A program made the position numbers and the translations under genes. Of a stretch of 64,000 nt of DNA, positions 1 to 13,799 are shown piece by piece. This DNA is from Eledone cirrhosa (lineage: Eukaryota): positions 260,028,001-260,092,000 of the forward strand of contig OZ024741.1 in assembly GCA_964016885.1 (NCBI GenBank), read 5' to 3'. How positions within the stretch are numbered: position 1 is the first letter of the stretch; the number at the start of each line of letters is the position of its first letter. The notes beneath the pieces were generated by a model. The model was not told the DNA's origin. It did no database searches and worked only from the letters and a program-made list of their open reading frames with translations.

Positions 1-3000
1 CAGAACACTCGTAAGTCGAAACACTCGTAAGCCGAAACACCCGTAAGTCGAAACATTCGTAAGTCGAAACACCCGTAAGTCGAAACACTCGTAAGTCGAA
101 ACACTCGTAAGTCGAAACACCGTAAGTCAAAACACTCGTATGTCGAAACATCCGTAAATCAGAACACTCCTAAGTCAAAACACTCGTAAGTCGAAACACT
201 CGTAAGTCAAAAATACTCGTAAGTCGAAACACCCTTAAGTAAAAACACTCGTAAGTCGAAACACTCGTAAGCCGAAACACCCGTCAGTTAAAACACCCGT
301 AAGTCGAAACACTCGTAAGTCAAAACTCTCGTACGCCGAAACACTCGTAAGTAAAAACATTAGTAAGTCGAAACACTCGTAAGCCGAAACACTCATAAGT
401 CGAAACACTCGTAAGCCGAAACACCCGTAAGTCAAAACATTCGTAAGTCAAAACACTCGTAAGTCGAAACACCCGTAAGTCGAAACACTCGTATGTCGAA
501 ACACTCGTAAGCCGAAACACCGTAAGTAAAAACACTCGTAAGTCGAAACACCCACAAGTCGAAACACTCGTAAGCCGAAACACTCGTAAGTCGAAACACT
601 CATAAGCCGAAACACTCGTAAGTCGGAACACTCGTAAATCAGAACACCCGCAAGTCAGAACACTCGTATCGAAACACTCGTATGTCAAAACACCCGTAAG
701 TCAAAACACTCGTAAGTCGAAACACTCGTAAGCCGAAACACCGTAAGTAAAAAAACTCGTAAGTCGAAATACTCGTAAGTCGAAACACTCGTAAGCCGAA
801 ACAATCGTAATTCAAAACACTCGTAAGTCGAAACACTCGTAAGCCGAAACAATCGTAAGTCGAAACACTCGTAAGCCGAAAATACTCGTAAGTCGGAACA
901 CCCGTAAGCCGAAACACTCGTATGTCGAAACACTCGTAAGCCGAAACAACATAAGTAAAAACACTCGTAAGTCGAAACACCCACAAGTCGAAACACTCGT
1001 AAGCCGAAACACTCGTAAGTCGAAACACTCATAAGCCGAAACACTCGTAAGTCGGAACACTCGTAAATCAGAACACCCGCAAGTCAGAACACTCGTAAAT
1101 CAGAACACTCTTAAGTCGAAACTCACGTACGCCGAAACACTCGTAAGTCGAAACACTCGTAAGTCGAAACATCCTTAAGTCGAAACACTCGTACACCGAA
1201 ACACTCGTAAGTATAAACATTAGTAAGTCGAAACACTCGTATGTCGAAACACTCGTAAACCGAAACACTCGTAAGTCGGAACACTCGTAAGTCAGAACAC
1301 TCGTAAGTCAGAACACTCGTAATTCGAAACACTCATAAGTCGAAACACTCGTAAGTCGAAACACCCGTAAGTCGAAACACCCGTAAGTCGAAACACTCGT
1401 ATGTCGAATAACTCGTAAGCCGAAACACTGTAAGTCAAAACACTCGTAAGTCGAAACACTCGTAAGTCGAAACACCCATAAGCCGAAACATTCGTAAGCC
1501 AAAACATTCGTAAGTCGAAACACTCGTAAACCGAAACACTCGTAAGCCAAAACATTCGTAAGTCGAAACACTCGTAAGTCGAAACACCCATAGCCGAAAC
1601 ACTTGTAAGTCTGAACACACGTAAGTCAGAACACCCGTAAGTCAGAACACTCGTAAGTCAGAACACTCGTAAGTCAGAACACTCGTAAGTCAGAGCACTC
1701 GTATCGAAACACTCGTATGTCAAAACACCCGTAAGTCAAAACACTCGTAAGTCGAAACACTCGTAAGCCGAAACACCGTAAGCCAAAACACTCGTAAGTC
1801 GAAACATCCGTAAGTCGGAACACTCGTAAGTCGAAACACTCGTAAGTCGAAACACTCGTAAGCCGAAACACTCGTAAGCCGAAACACTCGTAAGCCGAAA
1901 CACTCGTAAGTCGGAACACTCGTAAGTCGGAACACTCGTAAGTCAGAACACTCGTAAGTCAGAACACTCGTAAGTCAGAACACTCGTAAGTCAGAACACT
2001 CGTAAGTCGAAACACTCGTATCGAAACACTCGTATGTCAAAACACCCGTAAGTCAAAACACTCGTAAGTCGAAACACTCGTAAGTCGAAACATTCGTATG
2101 TCGAAACATCCGTAAATCAGAACACTCGTAAGTCGAAACACTCGTAAGTCGAAACACTCGTAAGCCGAAACACTCGTAAGTCGAAGCACTCGTATCGAAA
2201 CACTCGTAAGTCGAAACACCCTTAAGTCAAAACACTCGTAAGCCAAAACACTCGTAAGTCGAAACACTCGTAAGTCGGAACACTCGTAAGTCAGAACACT
2301 CGTAAGTCAGAACACTCGTAAGTGGAAACACGCGTAAGTCGAAACACTCATAAGTCGAAACACTCGTAAGTCGAAACACCCGTAAGTCGAAACACCCGTA
2401 AGTCGAAACACTCGTATGTCGAATAACTCGTAAGCCGAAACACCGTAAGTCAAAACACTCGTAAGTCGAAACACTCGTAAGTCGAAACACCCATAAGCCG
2501 AAACACTCGTACGCCAAAACATTCGTAAGTCGAAACACTCGTAAACCGAAACACTCGTAAGCCAAAACATTCGTAAGTCGAAACACTCGTAAGTCGAAAC
2601 ACCCATAGCCGAAACACTCGTAAGTCTGAACACACGTAAGTCAGAACAGCCGTAAGTCAGAACACTCGTAAGTCAGAACACTCTTAAGTCAGAACACTCG
2701 TAAGTCAGAGCACTCGTATCGAAACACTCGTATGTCAAAACACCTGTAAGTCAAAACACTCGTAAGTCGAAACACTCGTAAGTCGAAACACTCGTATGTC
2801 GAAACATCCGTAAATCAGAACACTCGTAAGTCGAAACACTCGTAAGTCGAAACACTCGTAAGCCGAAACACTCGTAAGTCGAAGCACTCGTATCGAAACA
2901 CTCGTAAGTCGAAACACCCTTAAGTCAAAACACTCGTAAGCCAAAACACTCGTAAGTCGAAACACTCGTAAGTCGGAACACTCGTAAGTCAGAACACTCG

Positions 3001-6000
3001 TAAGTCAGAACACTCGTAAGTGGAAACACGCGTAAGTCGAAAGACCCGTAAGTCAAAAATCTCGTAAGTCAAAACACTCGTAAGCCGAAACACTCGTAAG
3101 TCGAAACACTCGTAAGTCGAAACACCCGTAAGTCGGAACACTCGTAAGTCAGAATACTCGTAAGTCAAAACACTCGTAAACCGGAACACCCGTAAGGCAA
3201 AACATTCGCATGTCAAAACACTCGTAAGTCGAAACACTCGTAAGCCGAAACACTCGTAAGTCGAAACACTCGTAAGTCGAAACACTCGTAAGTCGAAACA
3301 CTCGTAAGTCAGTGCACCCGTAAGTCAGAACACTCGTAGTCAGAATACTCGTAAGTCGAAACACTCGTATGTCGAAACACCCGTAAGTCGAAACATCCGT
3401 AAGTCAAAACACTCGTATGTCGAAACACTCGTAAGCCGAAACACTCATAAGTCGAAACACTCGTAAGCCGAAACACCCGTAAGTCAAAACATTCGTAAGT
3501 CAAAACACTCGTAAGTCGAAACACCCGTAAGTCAAAACACTCGTATGTCGAAACACTCGTAAGCCGAAACAACGTAAGTAAAAACACTCGTAAGTCGAAA
3601 CACCCATAAGTCGAAACACTCGTAAGCCGAAACACTCGTAAGTCGAAACACTCATAAGCCGAAACACTCGTAAGTCGGAACACTCGTAAATCAGAACACC
3701 CGCAAGTCAGAACACTCGTAAATCAGAACACTCTTAAGTCGAAACTCACGTACGCTGAAACACTCGTAAGTCGAAACACTCGTAAGTCGAAACATCCTTA
3801 AGTCGAAACACTCGTACACCGAAACACTCGTAAGTATAAACATTAGTAAGTCGAAACACTCGTAAGCCGAAACACTCGTAAGTCGAAACACTCGTAAGTC
3901 GAAACACCCATAGCCGAAACACTCGTAAGTCGGAACACACGTAAGTCAGAACACCCGTAAGTCAGAACACTCGTAAGTCAGAACACTCGTAAGTCAGAGC
4001 ACTCGTATCGAAACACTCGTATGTCAAAACACCCGTAAGTCAAAACACTCGTAAGTCGAAACACTCGTAAGCCGAAACACCGTAAGCCAAAACACTCGTA
4101 AGTCGAAACACCCGTAAGTCGGAACACTCGTAAGTCGAAACACTCGTAAGTCGAAACACTCGTAAGCCGAAACACTCGTAAGCCGAAACACTCGTAAGTC
4201 GGAACACTCGTAAGTCGGAACACTCGTAAGTCAGAACACTCGTAAGTCAGAACACTCGTAAGTCAGAACACTCGTAAGTCAGAATACTCGTAAGTCGAAA
4301 CACCCGTAAGTCGAAACACCCGTAAGTCGAAACACTCGTATGTCGAATAACTCGTAAGCCGAAACACCGTAAGTCAAAACACTCGTAAGTCGAAACACTC
4401 GTAAGTCGAAACACCCATAAGCCGAAACACTCGTAAGCCAAAACATTCGTAAGTCGAAACACTCGTAAACCGAAACACTCGTAAGCCAAAACATTCGTAA
4501 GTCGAAACACTCGTAAGTCGAAACACCCATAGCCGAAACACTTGTAAGTCTGAACACACGTAAGTCAGAACACCCGTAAGTCAGAACACTCGTAAGTCAG
4601 AACACTCGTAAGTCAGAACACTCGTAAGTCAGAGCACTCGTATCGAAACACTCGTATGTCAAAACACCCGTAAGTCAAAACACTCGTAAGTCGAAACACT
4701 CGTAAGCCGAAACACCGTAAGCCAAAACACTCGTAAGTCGAAACACCCGTAAGTCGGAACACTCGTAAGTCGAAACACTCGTAAGTCGAAACACTCGTAA
4801 GCCGAAACACTCGTAAGCCGAAACACTCGTAAGTCGGAACACTCGTAAGTCGGAACACTCGTAAGTCAGAACACTCGTAAGTCAGAACACTCGTAAGTCA
4901 GAACACTCGTAAGTCAGAACACTCGTAAGTCGAAACACTCGTATCGAAACACTCGTATGTCAAAACACCAGTAAGTCGAAACACTCGTATCGAAACACTC
5001 GTATGTCAAAACACCAGTAAGTCAAAACACTCGTAAGTCGAAACACTCGTAAGCCGAAACACCGTAAGTCGAAACACCCGTATGTCGAAACACTCGTAAG
5101 CCGAAACACTCGTAAGTCGAAACACTCGTAGTCGAAACACTCGTAAGTCGAAACACCCGTAAGTCGAAACACTCGTAAGTCGAAACACTCGTAAGCCGAA
5201 ACACTCGTAAGTCGAAACACTCATAAGCCGAAACACTCGTAAGTCGAAACACTCGTAAGTCAGAACACTCGTAGTCAGAACACTCGTAAGTCAAACCACT
5301 CGTAAGCCGAAACACTCGTAAGTCGAAACACTCGTAAGTCGAAACACTCGTAAGTCGAAAAACTCGTAAGCCGGAACACTCGTAAGTCAGAACACTCGTA
5401 AGTCAGAACACTCGTAAGTCGAAACACTCGTAAGCCGAAACACCCGTAAGTCGAAACATTCGTAAGTCGAAACACCCGTAAGTCGAAACACTCGTAAGTC
5501 GAAACACTCGTAAGTCGAAACACCGTAAGTCAAAACACTCGTATGTCGAAACATCCGTAAATCAGAACACTCCTAAGTCAAAACACTCGTAAGTCGAAAC
5601 ACTCGTAAGTCAAAAATACTCGTAAGTCGAAACACCCTTAAGTAAAAACACTCGTAAGTCGAAACACTCGTAAGCCGAAACACCCGTCAGTTAAAACACC
5701 CGTAAGTCGAAACACTCGTAAGTCAAAACTCTCGTACGCCGAAACACTCGTAAGTAAAAACATTAGTAAGTCGAAACACTCGTAAGCCGAAACACTCATA
5801 AGTCGAAACACTCGTAAGCCGAAACACCCGTAAGTCAAAACATTCGTAAGTCAAAACACTCGTAAGTCGAAACACCCGTAAGTCGAAACACTCGTATGTC
5901 GAAACACTCGTAAGCCGAAACACCGTAAGTAAAAACACTCGTAAGTCGAAACACCCACAAGTCGAAACACTCGTAAGCCGAAACACTCGTAAGTCGAAAC

Positions 6001-9000
6001 ACTCATAAGCCGAAACACTCGTAAGTCGGAACACTCGTAAATCAGAACACCCGCAAGTCAGAACATTCGTATCGAAACACTCGTATGTCAAAACACCCGT
6101 AAGTCAAAACACTCGTAAGTCGAAACACTCGTAAGCCGAAACACCGTAAGTAAAAAAACTCGTAAGTCGAAATACTCGTAAGTCGAAACACTCGTAAGCC
6201 GAAACAATCGTAATTCAAAACACTCGTAAGTCGAAACACTCGTAAGCCGAAACAATCGTAAGTCGAAACACTCGTAAGCCGAAAATACTCGTAAGTCGGA
6301 ACACCCGTAAGCCGAAACACTCGTATGTCGAAACACTCGTAAGCCGAAACAACATAAGTAAAAACACTCGTAAGTCGAAACACCCATAAGTCGAAACACT
6401 CGTAAGCCGAAACACTCGTAAGTCGAAACACTCATAAGCCGAAACACTCGTAAGTCGGAACACTCGTAAATCAGAACACCCGCAAGTCAGAACACTCGTA
6501 AATCAGAACACTCTTAAGTCGAAACTCACGTACGCCGAAACACTCGTAAGTCGAAACACTCGTAAGTCGAAACATCCTTAAGTCGAAACACTCGTACACC
6601 GAAACACTCGTAAGTATAAACATTAGTAAGTCGAAACACTCGTATGTCGAAACACTCGTAAACCGAAACACTCGTAAGTCGGAACACTCGTAAGTCAGAA
6701 CACTCGTAAGTCAGAACACTCGTAATTCGAAACACTCATAAGTCGAAACACTCGTAAGTCGAAACACCCGTAAGTCGAAACACCCGTAAGTCGAAACACT
6801 CGTATGTCGAATAACTCGTAAGCCGAAACACTGTAAGTCAAAACACTCGTAAGTCGAAACACTCGTAAGTCGAAACACCCATAAGCCGAAACATTCGTAA
6901 GCCAAAACATTCGTAAGTCGAAACACTCGTAAACCGAAACACTCGTAAGCCAAAACATTCGTAAGTCGAAACACTCGTAAGTCGAAACACCCATAGCCGA
7001 AACACTTGTAAGTCTGAACACACGTAAGTCAGAACACCCGTAAGTCAGAACACTCGTAAGTCAGAACACTCGTAAGTCAGAGCACTCGTATCGAAACACT
7101 CGTATGTCAAAACACCCGTAAGTCAAAACACTCGTAAGTCGAAACACTCGTAAGCCGAAACACCGTAAGCCAAAACACTCGTAAGTCGAAACATCCGTAA
7201 GTCGGAACACTCGTAAGTCGAAACACTCGTAAGTCGAAACACTCGTAAGCCGAAACACTCGTAAGCCGAAACACTCGTAAGTCGGAACACTCGTAAGTCG
7301 GAACACTCGTAAGTCAGAACACTCGTAAGTCAGAACACTCGTAAGTCAGAACACTCGTAAGTCAGAACACTCGTAAGTCGAAACACTCGTATCGAAACAC
7401 TCGTATGTCAAAACACCCGTAAGTCAAAACACTCGTAAGTCGAAACACTCGTAAGTCGAAACATTCGTATGTCGAAACATCCGTAAATCAGAACACTCGT
7501 AAGTCGAAACACTCGTAAGTCGAAACACTCGTAAGCCGAAACACTCGTAAGTCGAAGCACTCGTATCGAAACACTCGTAAGTCGAAACACCCTTAAGTCA
7601 AAACACTCGTAAGCCAAAACACTCGTAAGTCGAAACACTCGTAAGTCGGAACACTCGTAAGTCAGAACACTCGTAAGTCAGAACACTCGTAAGTGGAAAC
7701 ACGCGTAAGTCGAAACACTCATAAGTCGAAACACTCGTAAGTCGAAACACCCGTAAGTCGAAACACCCGTAAGTCGAAACACTCGTATGTCGAATAACTC
7801 GTAAGCCGAAACACCGTAAGTCAAAACACTCGTAAGTCGAAACACTCGTAAGTCGAAACACCCATAAGCCGAAACACTCGTAAGCCAAAACATTCGTAAG
7901 TCGAAACACTCGTAAACCGAAACACTCGTAAGCCAAAACATTCGTAAGTCGAAACACTCGTAAGTCGAAACACCCATAGCCGAAACACTCGTAAGTCTGA
8001 ACACACGTAAGTCAGAACAGCCGTAAGTCAGAACACTCGTAAGTCAGAACACTCTTAAGTCAGAACACTCGTAAGTCAGAGCACTCGTATCTAAACACTC
8101 GTATGTCAAAACACCCGTAAGTCAAAACACTCGTAAGTCGAAACACTCGTAAGTCGAAACACTCGTATGTCGAAACATCCGTAAATCAGAACACTCGTAA
8201 GTCGAAACACTCGTAAGTCGAAACACTCGTAAGCCGAAACACTCGTAAGTCGAAGCACTCGTATCGAAACACTCGTAAGTCGAAACACCCTTAAGTCAAA
8301 ACACTCGTAAGCCAAAACACTCGTAAGTCGAAACACTCGTAAGTCGGAACACTCGTAAGTCAGAACACTCGTAAGTCAGAACACTCGTAAGTGGAAACAC
8401 GCGTAAGTCGAAAGACCCGTAAGTCAAAAATCTCGTAAGTCAAAACACTCGTAAGCCGAAACACTCGTAAGTCGAAACACTCGTAAGTCGAAACACCCGT
8501 AAGTCGGAACACTCGTAAGTCAGAATACTCGTAAGTCAAAACACTCGTAAACCGGAACACCCGTAAGGCAAAACATTCGCATGTCAAAACACTCGTAAGT
8601 CGAAACACTCGTAAGCCGAAACACTCGTAAGTCGAAACACTCGTAAGTCGAAACACTCGTAAGTCGAAACACTCGTAAGTCAGTGCACCCGTAAGTCAGA
8701 ACACTCGTAGTCAGAATACTCGTAAGTCGAAACACTCGTATGTCGAAACACCCGTAAGTCGAAACATCCGTAAGTCAAAACACTCGTATGTCGAAACACT
8801 CGTAAGCCGAAACACTCATAAGTCGAAACACTCGTAAGCCGAAACACCCGTAAGTCAAAACATTCGTAAGTCAAAACACTCGTAAGTCGAAACACCCGTA
8901 AGTCAAAACACTCGTATGTCGAAACACTCGTAAGCCGAAACAACGTAAGTAAAAACACTCGTAAGTCGAAACACCCATAAGTCGAAACACTCGTAAGCCG

Positions 9001-10600
9001 AAACACTCGTAAGTCGAAACACTCATAAGCCGAAACACTCGTAAGTCGGAACACTCGTAAATCAGAACACCCGCAAGTCAGAACACTCGTAAATCAGAAC
9101 ACTCTTAAGTCGAAACTCACGTACGCTGAAACACTCGTAAGTCGAAACACTCGTAAGTCGAAACATCCTTAAGTCGAAACACTCGTACACCGAAACACTC
9201 GTAAGTATAAACATTAGTAAGTCGAAACACTCGTAAGCCGAAACACTCGTAAGTCGAAACACCCGTAAATCGAAACACCCGTAAGTCAAAATACTCGTAT
9301 GTCGAAACACTCGTAAACCGAAACACTCGTAAGTCGGAACACTCGTAAGTCAGAACACTCGTAAGTCAGAACACTCGTAAGTCGAAACACTCATAAGTCG
9401 AAACACTCGTAAGTCGAAACACCCGTAAGTCGAAACCCCCGTAAGTCGAAACACTCGTATGTCGAATAACTCGTAAGCCGAAACACCGTAAGTCAAAACA
9501 CTCGTAAGTCAAAACACTCGTAAGTCGAAACACCCATAAGCCGAAACACTCGTAAGCCAAAACATTCGTAAGTCGAAACACTCGTAAACCGAAACACTCG
9601 TAAGCCAAAACATTCGTAAGTCGAAACACTCGTAAGTCGAAACACCCATAGCCGAAACACTCGTAAGTCGGAACACACGTAAGTCAGAACACCCGTAAGT
9701 CAGAACACTCGTAAGTCAGAACACTCGTAAGTCAGAGCACTCGTATCGAAACACTCGTATGTCAAAACACCCGTAAGTCAAAACACTCGTAAGTCGAAAC
9801 ACTCGTAAGCCGAAACACCGTAAGCCAAAACACTCGTAAGTCGAAACACCCGTAAGTCGGAACACTCGTAAGTCGAAACACTCGTAAGTCGAAACACTCG
9901 TAAGCCGAAACACTCGTAAGCCGAAACACTCGTAAGTCGGAACACTCGTAAGTCGGAACACTCGTAAGTCAGAACACTCGTAAGTCAGAACACTCGTAAG
10001 TCAGAACACTCGTAAGTCAGAATACTCGTAAGTCGAAACACCCGTAAGTCGAAACACCCGTAAGTCGAAACACTCGTATGTCGAATAACTCGTAAGCCGA
10101 AACACCGTAAGTCAAAACACTCGTAAGTCGAAACACTCGTAAGTCGAAACACCCATAAGCCGAAACACTCGTAAGCCAAAACATTCGTAAGTCGAAACAC
10201 TCGTAAACCGAAACACTCGTAAGCCAAAACATTCGTAAGTCGAAACACTCGTAAGTCGAAACACCCATAGCCGAAACACTTGTAAGTCTGAACACACGTA
10301 AGTCAGAACACCCGTAAGTCAGAACACTCGTAAGTCAGAACACTCGTAAGTCAGAACACTCGTAAGTCAGAGCACTCGTATCGAAACACTCGTATGTCAA
10401 AACACCCGTAAGTCAAAACACTCGTAAGTCGAAACACTCGTAAGCCGAAACACCGTAAGCCAAAACACTCGTAAGTCGAAACACCCGTAAGTCGGAACAC
10501 TCGTAAGTCGAAACACTCGTAAGTCGAAACACTCGTAAGCCGAAACACTCGTAAGCCGAAACACTCGTAAGTCGGAACACTCGTAAGTCAGAACACTCGT
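1..10600 (+). repeat. Higher-order tandem duplication of about 5.4 kb (left domain)
   Basis: Near-identical ORF and variant patterns recur at offsets 5403 (235->5638, 1292->6695), 5371 (2037->7408, 3309->8680) and 5738 (3978->9716). Rare markers CCCGTCAGTTAAAA (about 281/5684) and CAGTGCACCCG (about 3310/8681) are shared. Confidence 0.85.
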
Positions 10601-11324
10601 AAGTCAGAACACTCGTAAGTTAGAACACTCGTAAGTCAGAACACTCGTAAGTCAGAACACTCGTAAGTCGAAACACTCGTATCGAAACACTCGTATGTCA
10701 AAACACCCGTAAGTCAAAACACTCGTAAGTCGAAACACTCGTAAGTCGAAACACTCGTAAGCCGAAACACTCGTAAGCCGAAACACTCGTAAGTCGGAAC
10801 ACTCGTAAGTCGGAACACTCGTAAGACAGAACACTCGTAAGTCAGAACACTCGTAAGTCAGAACACTCGTAAGTCAGAACACTCGTAAGTCGAAACACTC
10901 GTATCGAAACACTCGTATGTCAAAACACCCGTAAGTCAAAACACTCGTAAGTCGAAACACTCGTAAGTCGAAACACTCGTATGTCGAAACATCCGTAAAT
11001 CAGAACACTCGTAAGTCGAAACACTCGTAAGTCGAAACACTCGTAAGCCGAAACACTCGTAAGTCGAAGCACTCGTATCGAAACACTCGTAAGTCGAAAC
11101 ACCCTTAAGTCAAAACACTCGTAAGCCAAAACACTCGTAAGTCGAAACACTCGTAAGTCGGAACACTCGTAAGTCAGAACACTCGTAAGTCAGAACACTC
11201 GTAAGTGGAAACACGCGTAAGTCGAAAGACCCGTAAGTCAAAAATCTCGTAAGTCAAAACACTCGTAAGCCGAAACACTCGTAAGTCGAAACACTCGTAA
11301 GTCGAAACATTCGTAAAGCGAAAC

Positions 11325-11393
11325 GTATAAATAAAGATTAATGTAATGAACTTGAAAAGCATAGATATTTGAAACCGCGTCTATTTGTTATTT
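11325..11393. repeat. 69-bp AT-rich spacer, subtype A (first copy)
   Basis: GTATAAATAAAGATTAATGTAATGAACTTGAAAAGCATAGATATTTGAAACCGCGTCTATTTGTTATTT, between GAAAC and TCGTAAG of a monomer. Confidence 0.95.
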
Positions 11394-12457
11394 TCGTAAG
11401 TCGAAACACTCGTAAGTCAGAACACTCGTAAGTCAGAACACTCGTATCGAAACACGTATGTCAAAACACCCGTAAGTCAAAACACTCGTAAGTCGAAACA
11501 CTCGTAAGTCGAAACACTCGTAAGCCGAAACAATCGTAAGTCAAAACACTCGTAAGTCGAAACACTCGTAAGCCGAAAATACTCGTAAGTCGGAACACCC
11601 GTAAGCCGAAACCCTCGTAGGTCGGAACACTCGTAAGTCGAAACACTCTTAAGTCGAAACACCCGTAAGTCGAAACACTCGTAAGTCGAAACACCCGTAA
11701 GTCGAAACATCCGTAAGTCAAAACACTCGTATGTCGAAACACTCGTAAGCCGAAACACTCGTAAGTCGGAACACTCGCAAGTCAGAACACTCGTAAGTCA
11801 GAACACTCGTAAGTCGAAACACTCGTAAGTCGAAACACCCGTAAGTCGAAACGCCCGTAAGTCAAAACACTCGTATGTCGAAACACTCGCAAGCCGAAAA
11901 ACCGTAAGTCAAAACACTCGTAAGTCGAAACACTCGTAAATCGAAACACTCGTAACCCGAAACACTCGTAAGTCGAAACACTCGAAAGCCGAAACACTCG
12001 TAAGTCGAAACACTCATAAGCCGAAACACTCGTAAGTCGGAACACTCGTAAGTCAGAACACCCGTAAATCAGAACACTCGTAGTCAGAACACTCGTAAGT
12101 CGAAACACTCGTAAGCCGAAACACTCGCAAGTCGAAGCACTCGTAATCCGAAACACTCTTAAGTCGAAACACTCGTAAGTCGGAACACTCGTAAGTCAGA
12201 ACACTCGTAAGTCAGAACACTCGTAAGTCGAAACACTCGTAAGCCGAAACATCCGTAAGTCAAAACATCCGTAAGTCAAAACATTCGTAAGTCGAAACAC
12301 CCGTAGTCGAAACACTCGCAAGTCGAAACACTCGTAAGTCGAAACACGCGTAAGTCGAAACACATGTAAGTCAAAACACTCGTAAGTCAAAACACTCGTA
12401 AGCCGAAACACTCGTAAGTCGAAACACTCGTAAGTCGAAACACTCGTAAAGCGAAAC

Positions 12458-12526
12458 GTATCAATAAAGATTAATGTAATGAATTTGAAAAGCATAGAGA
12501 TTTGAAACCGCGTCTATTTGTTATTT
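12458..12526. repeat. 69-bp AT-rich spacer, subtype B (GTATCAAT variant)
   Basis: GAATTTG and TAGAGATT diagnostic bases. Confidence 0.95.
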
Positions 12527-13350
12527 TCGTAAGTCGAAACACTCGTAAGCCGAAACACTCGTGAGCCGAAACACTCGTAAGTCGGAACACTCGTAAGTCA
12601 GAACACTCGTAAGTTAGAACACTCGTAAGTTAGAACACTCGTAAGTCAGAACACTCGTAAGTCAGAACACTCGTAAGTCAAAACACTCGTATCGAAACAC
12701 TCGTATGTCAAAACACCCGTAAGTCAAAACACTCGTAAGTCGAAACACTCGTAAGTCGAAACACTCGTAAGCCGAAACACTCGAAAGCCGAAACACTCGT
12801 AAGTCGGAACACTCGTAAGTCGGAACACTCGTAAGTCAGAACACTCGTAAGTCAGAACACTCGTAAGTCAGAACACTCGTAAGTCAGAACACTCGTAAGT
12901 CGAAACACTCGTATCGAAACACTCGTATGTCAAAACACCCGTAAGTCAAAACACTCGTAAGTCGAAACACTTGTAAGTCGAAACACTCGTATGTCGAAAC
13001 ATCCGTAAATCAGAACACTCGTAAGTCGAAACACTCGTAAGTCGAAACACTCGTAAGCCGAAACACTCGTAAGTCGAAGCACTCGTATCGAAACACTCGT
13101 AAGTCGAAACACCCTTAAGTCAAAACACTCGTAAGCCAAAACACTCGTAAGTCGAAACACTCGTAAGTCGGAACACTCGTAAGTCAGAACACTCGTAAGT
13201 CAGAACACTCGTAAGTGGAAACACGCGTAAGTCGAAAGACCCGTAAGTCAAAAATCTCGTAAATCAAAACACTCGTAAGCCGAAACACTCGTAAGTCGAA
13301 ACACTCGTAAGTCGAAACACTCGTAAGTCGAAACATTCGTAAAGCGAAAC

Positions 13351-13419
13351 GTATAAATAAAGATTAATGTAATGAACTTGAAAAGCATAGATATTTGAAA
13401 CCGCGTCTATTTGTTATTT
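13351..13419. repeat. 69-bp AT-rich spacer, subtype A
   Basis: GAACTTG and TAGATATT. Confidence 0.95.
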
Positions 13420-13799
13420 TCGTAAGTCGAAACACTCGTAAGTCAGAACACTCGTAAGTCAGAAAACTCTTAAGTCAGAACACTCGTATCGAAACACGTA
13501 TGTCAAAACACCCGTAAGTCAAAACACTCGTAAGTCGAAACACTCGTAAGTCGAAACACTCGTAAGCCGAAACAATCGTAAGTCAAAACACTCGTAAGTC
13601 GAAACACTCGTAAGCCGAAAATACTCGTAAGTCGGAACACCCGTAAGCCGAAACCCTCGTAGGTCGGAACACTCGTAAGTCAAAACACTCGTAAGTCGAA
13701 ACACCCGTAAGTCGAAACACTCGTAAGTCGAAACACCCGTAAGTCGAAACATCCGTAAGTCAAAACACTCGTATGTCGAAACACTCGTAAGCCGAAACA

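Noticed and set aside
11325-11336. TATA box or poly(A) signal called as a regulatory feature
   Set aside because: TATAAA and AATAAA are expected by chance in 75% AT sequence, and six B copies disrupt the TATAAA (GTATCAAT). It is kept only as a hypothesis.
11174-11362. MLFKFITLIFIYTF ORFs that look like signal-peptide-bearing small proteins
   Set aside because: The hydrophobic N-terminus is the expected translation of the T-rich strand of the AT spacer. The downstream part is satellite of variable length (62-137 aa, and too short to be listed in several copies).
11325-11393. Spacer as an independently transposing MITE/SINE or as a structured RNA gene
   Set aside because: It has no terminal inverted repeats, target-site duplication or A/B boxes, all copies share the same flank phase, and the only stem (ATAGA/TCTAT) is about 5 bp.
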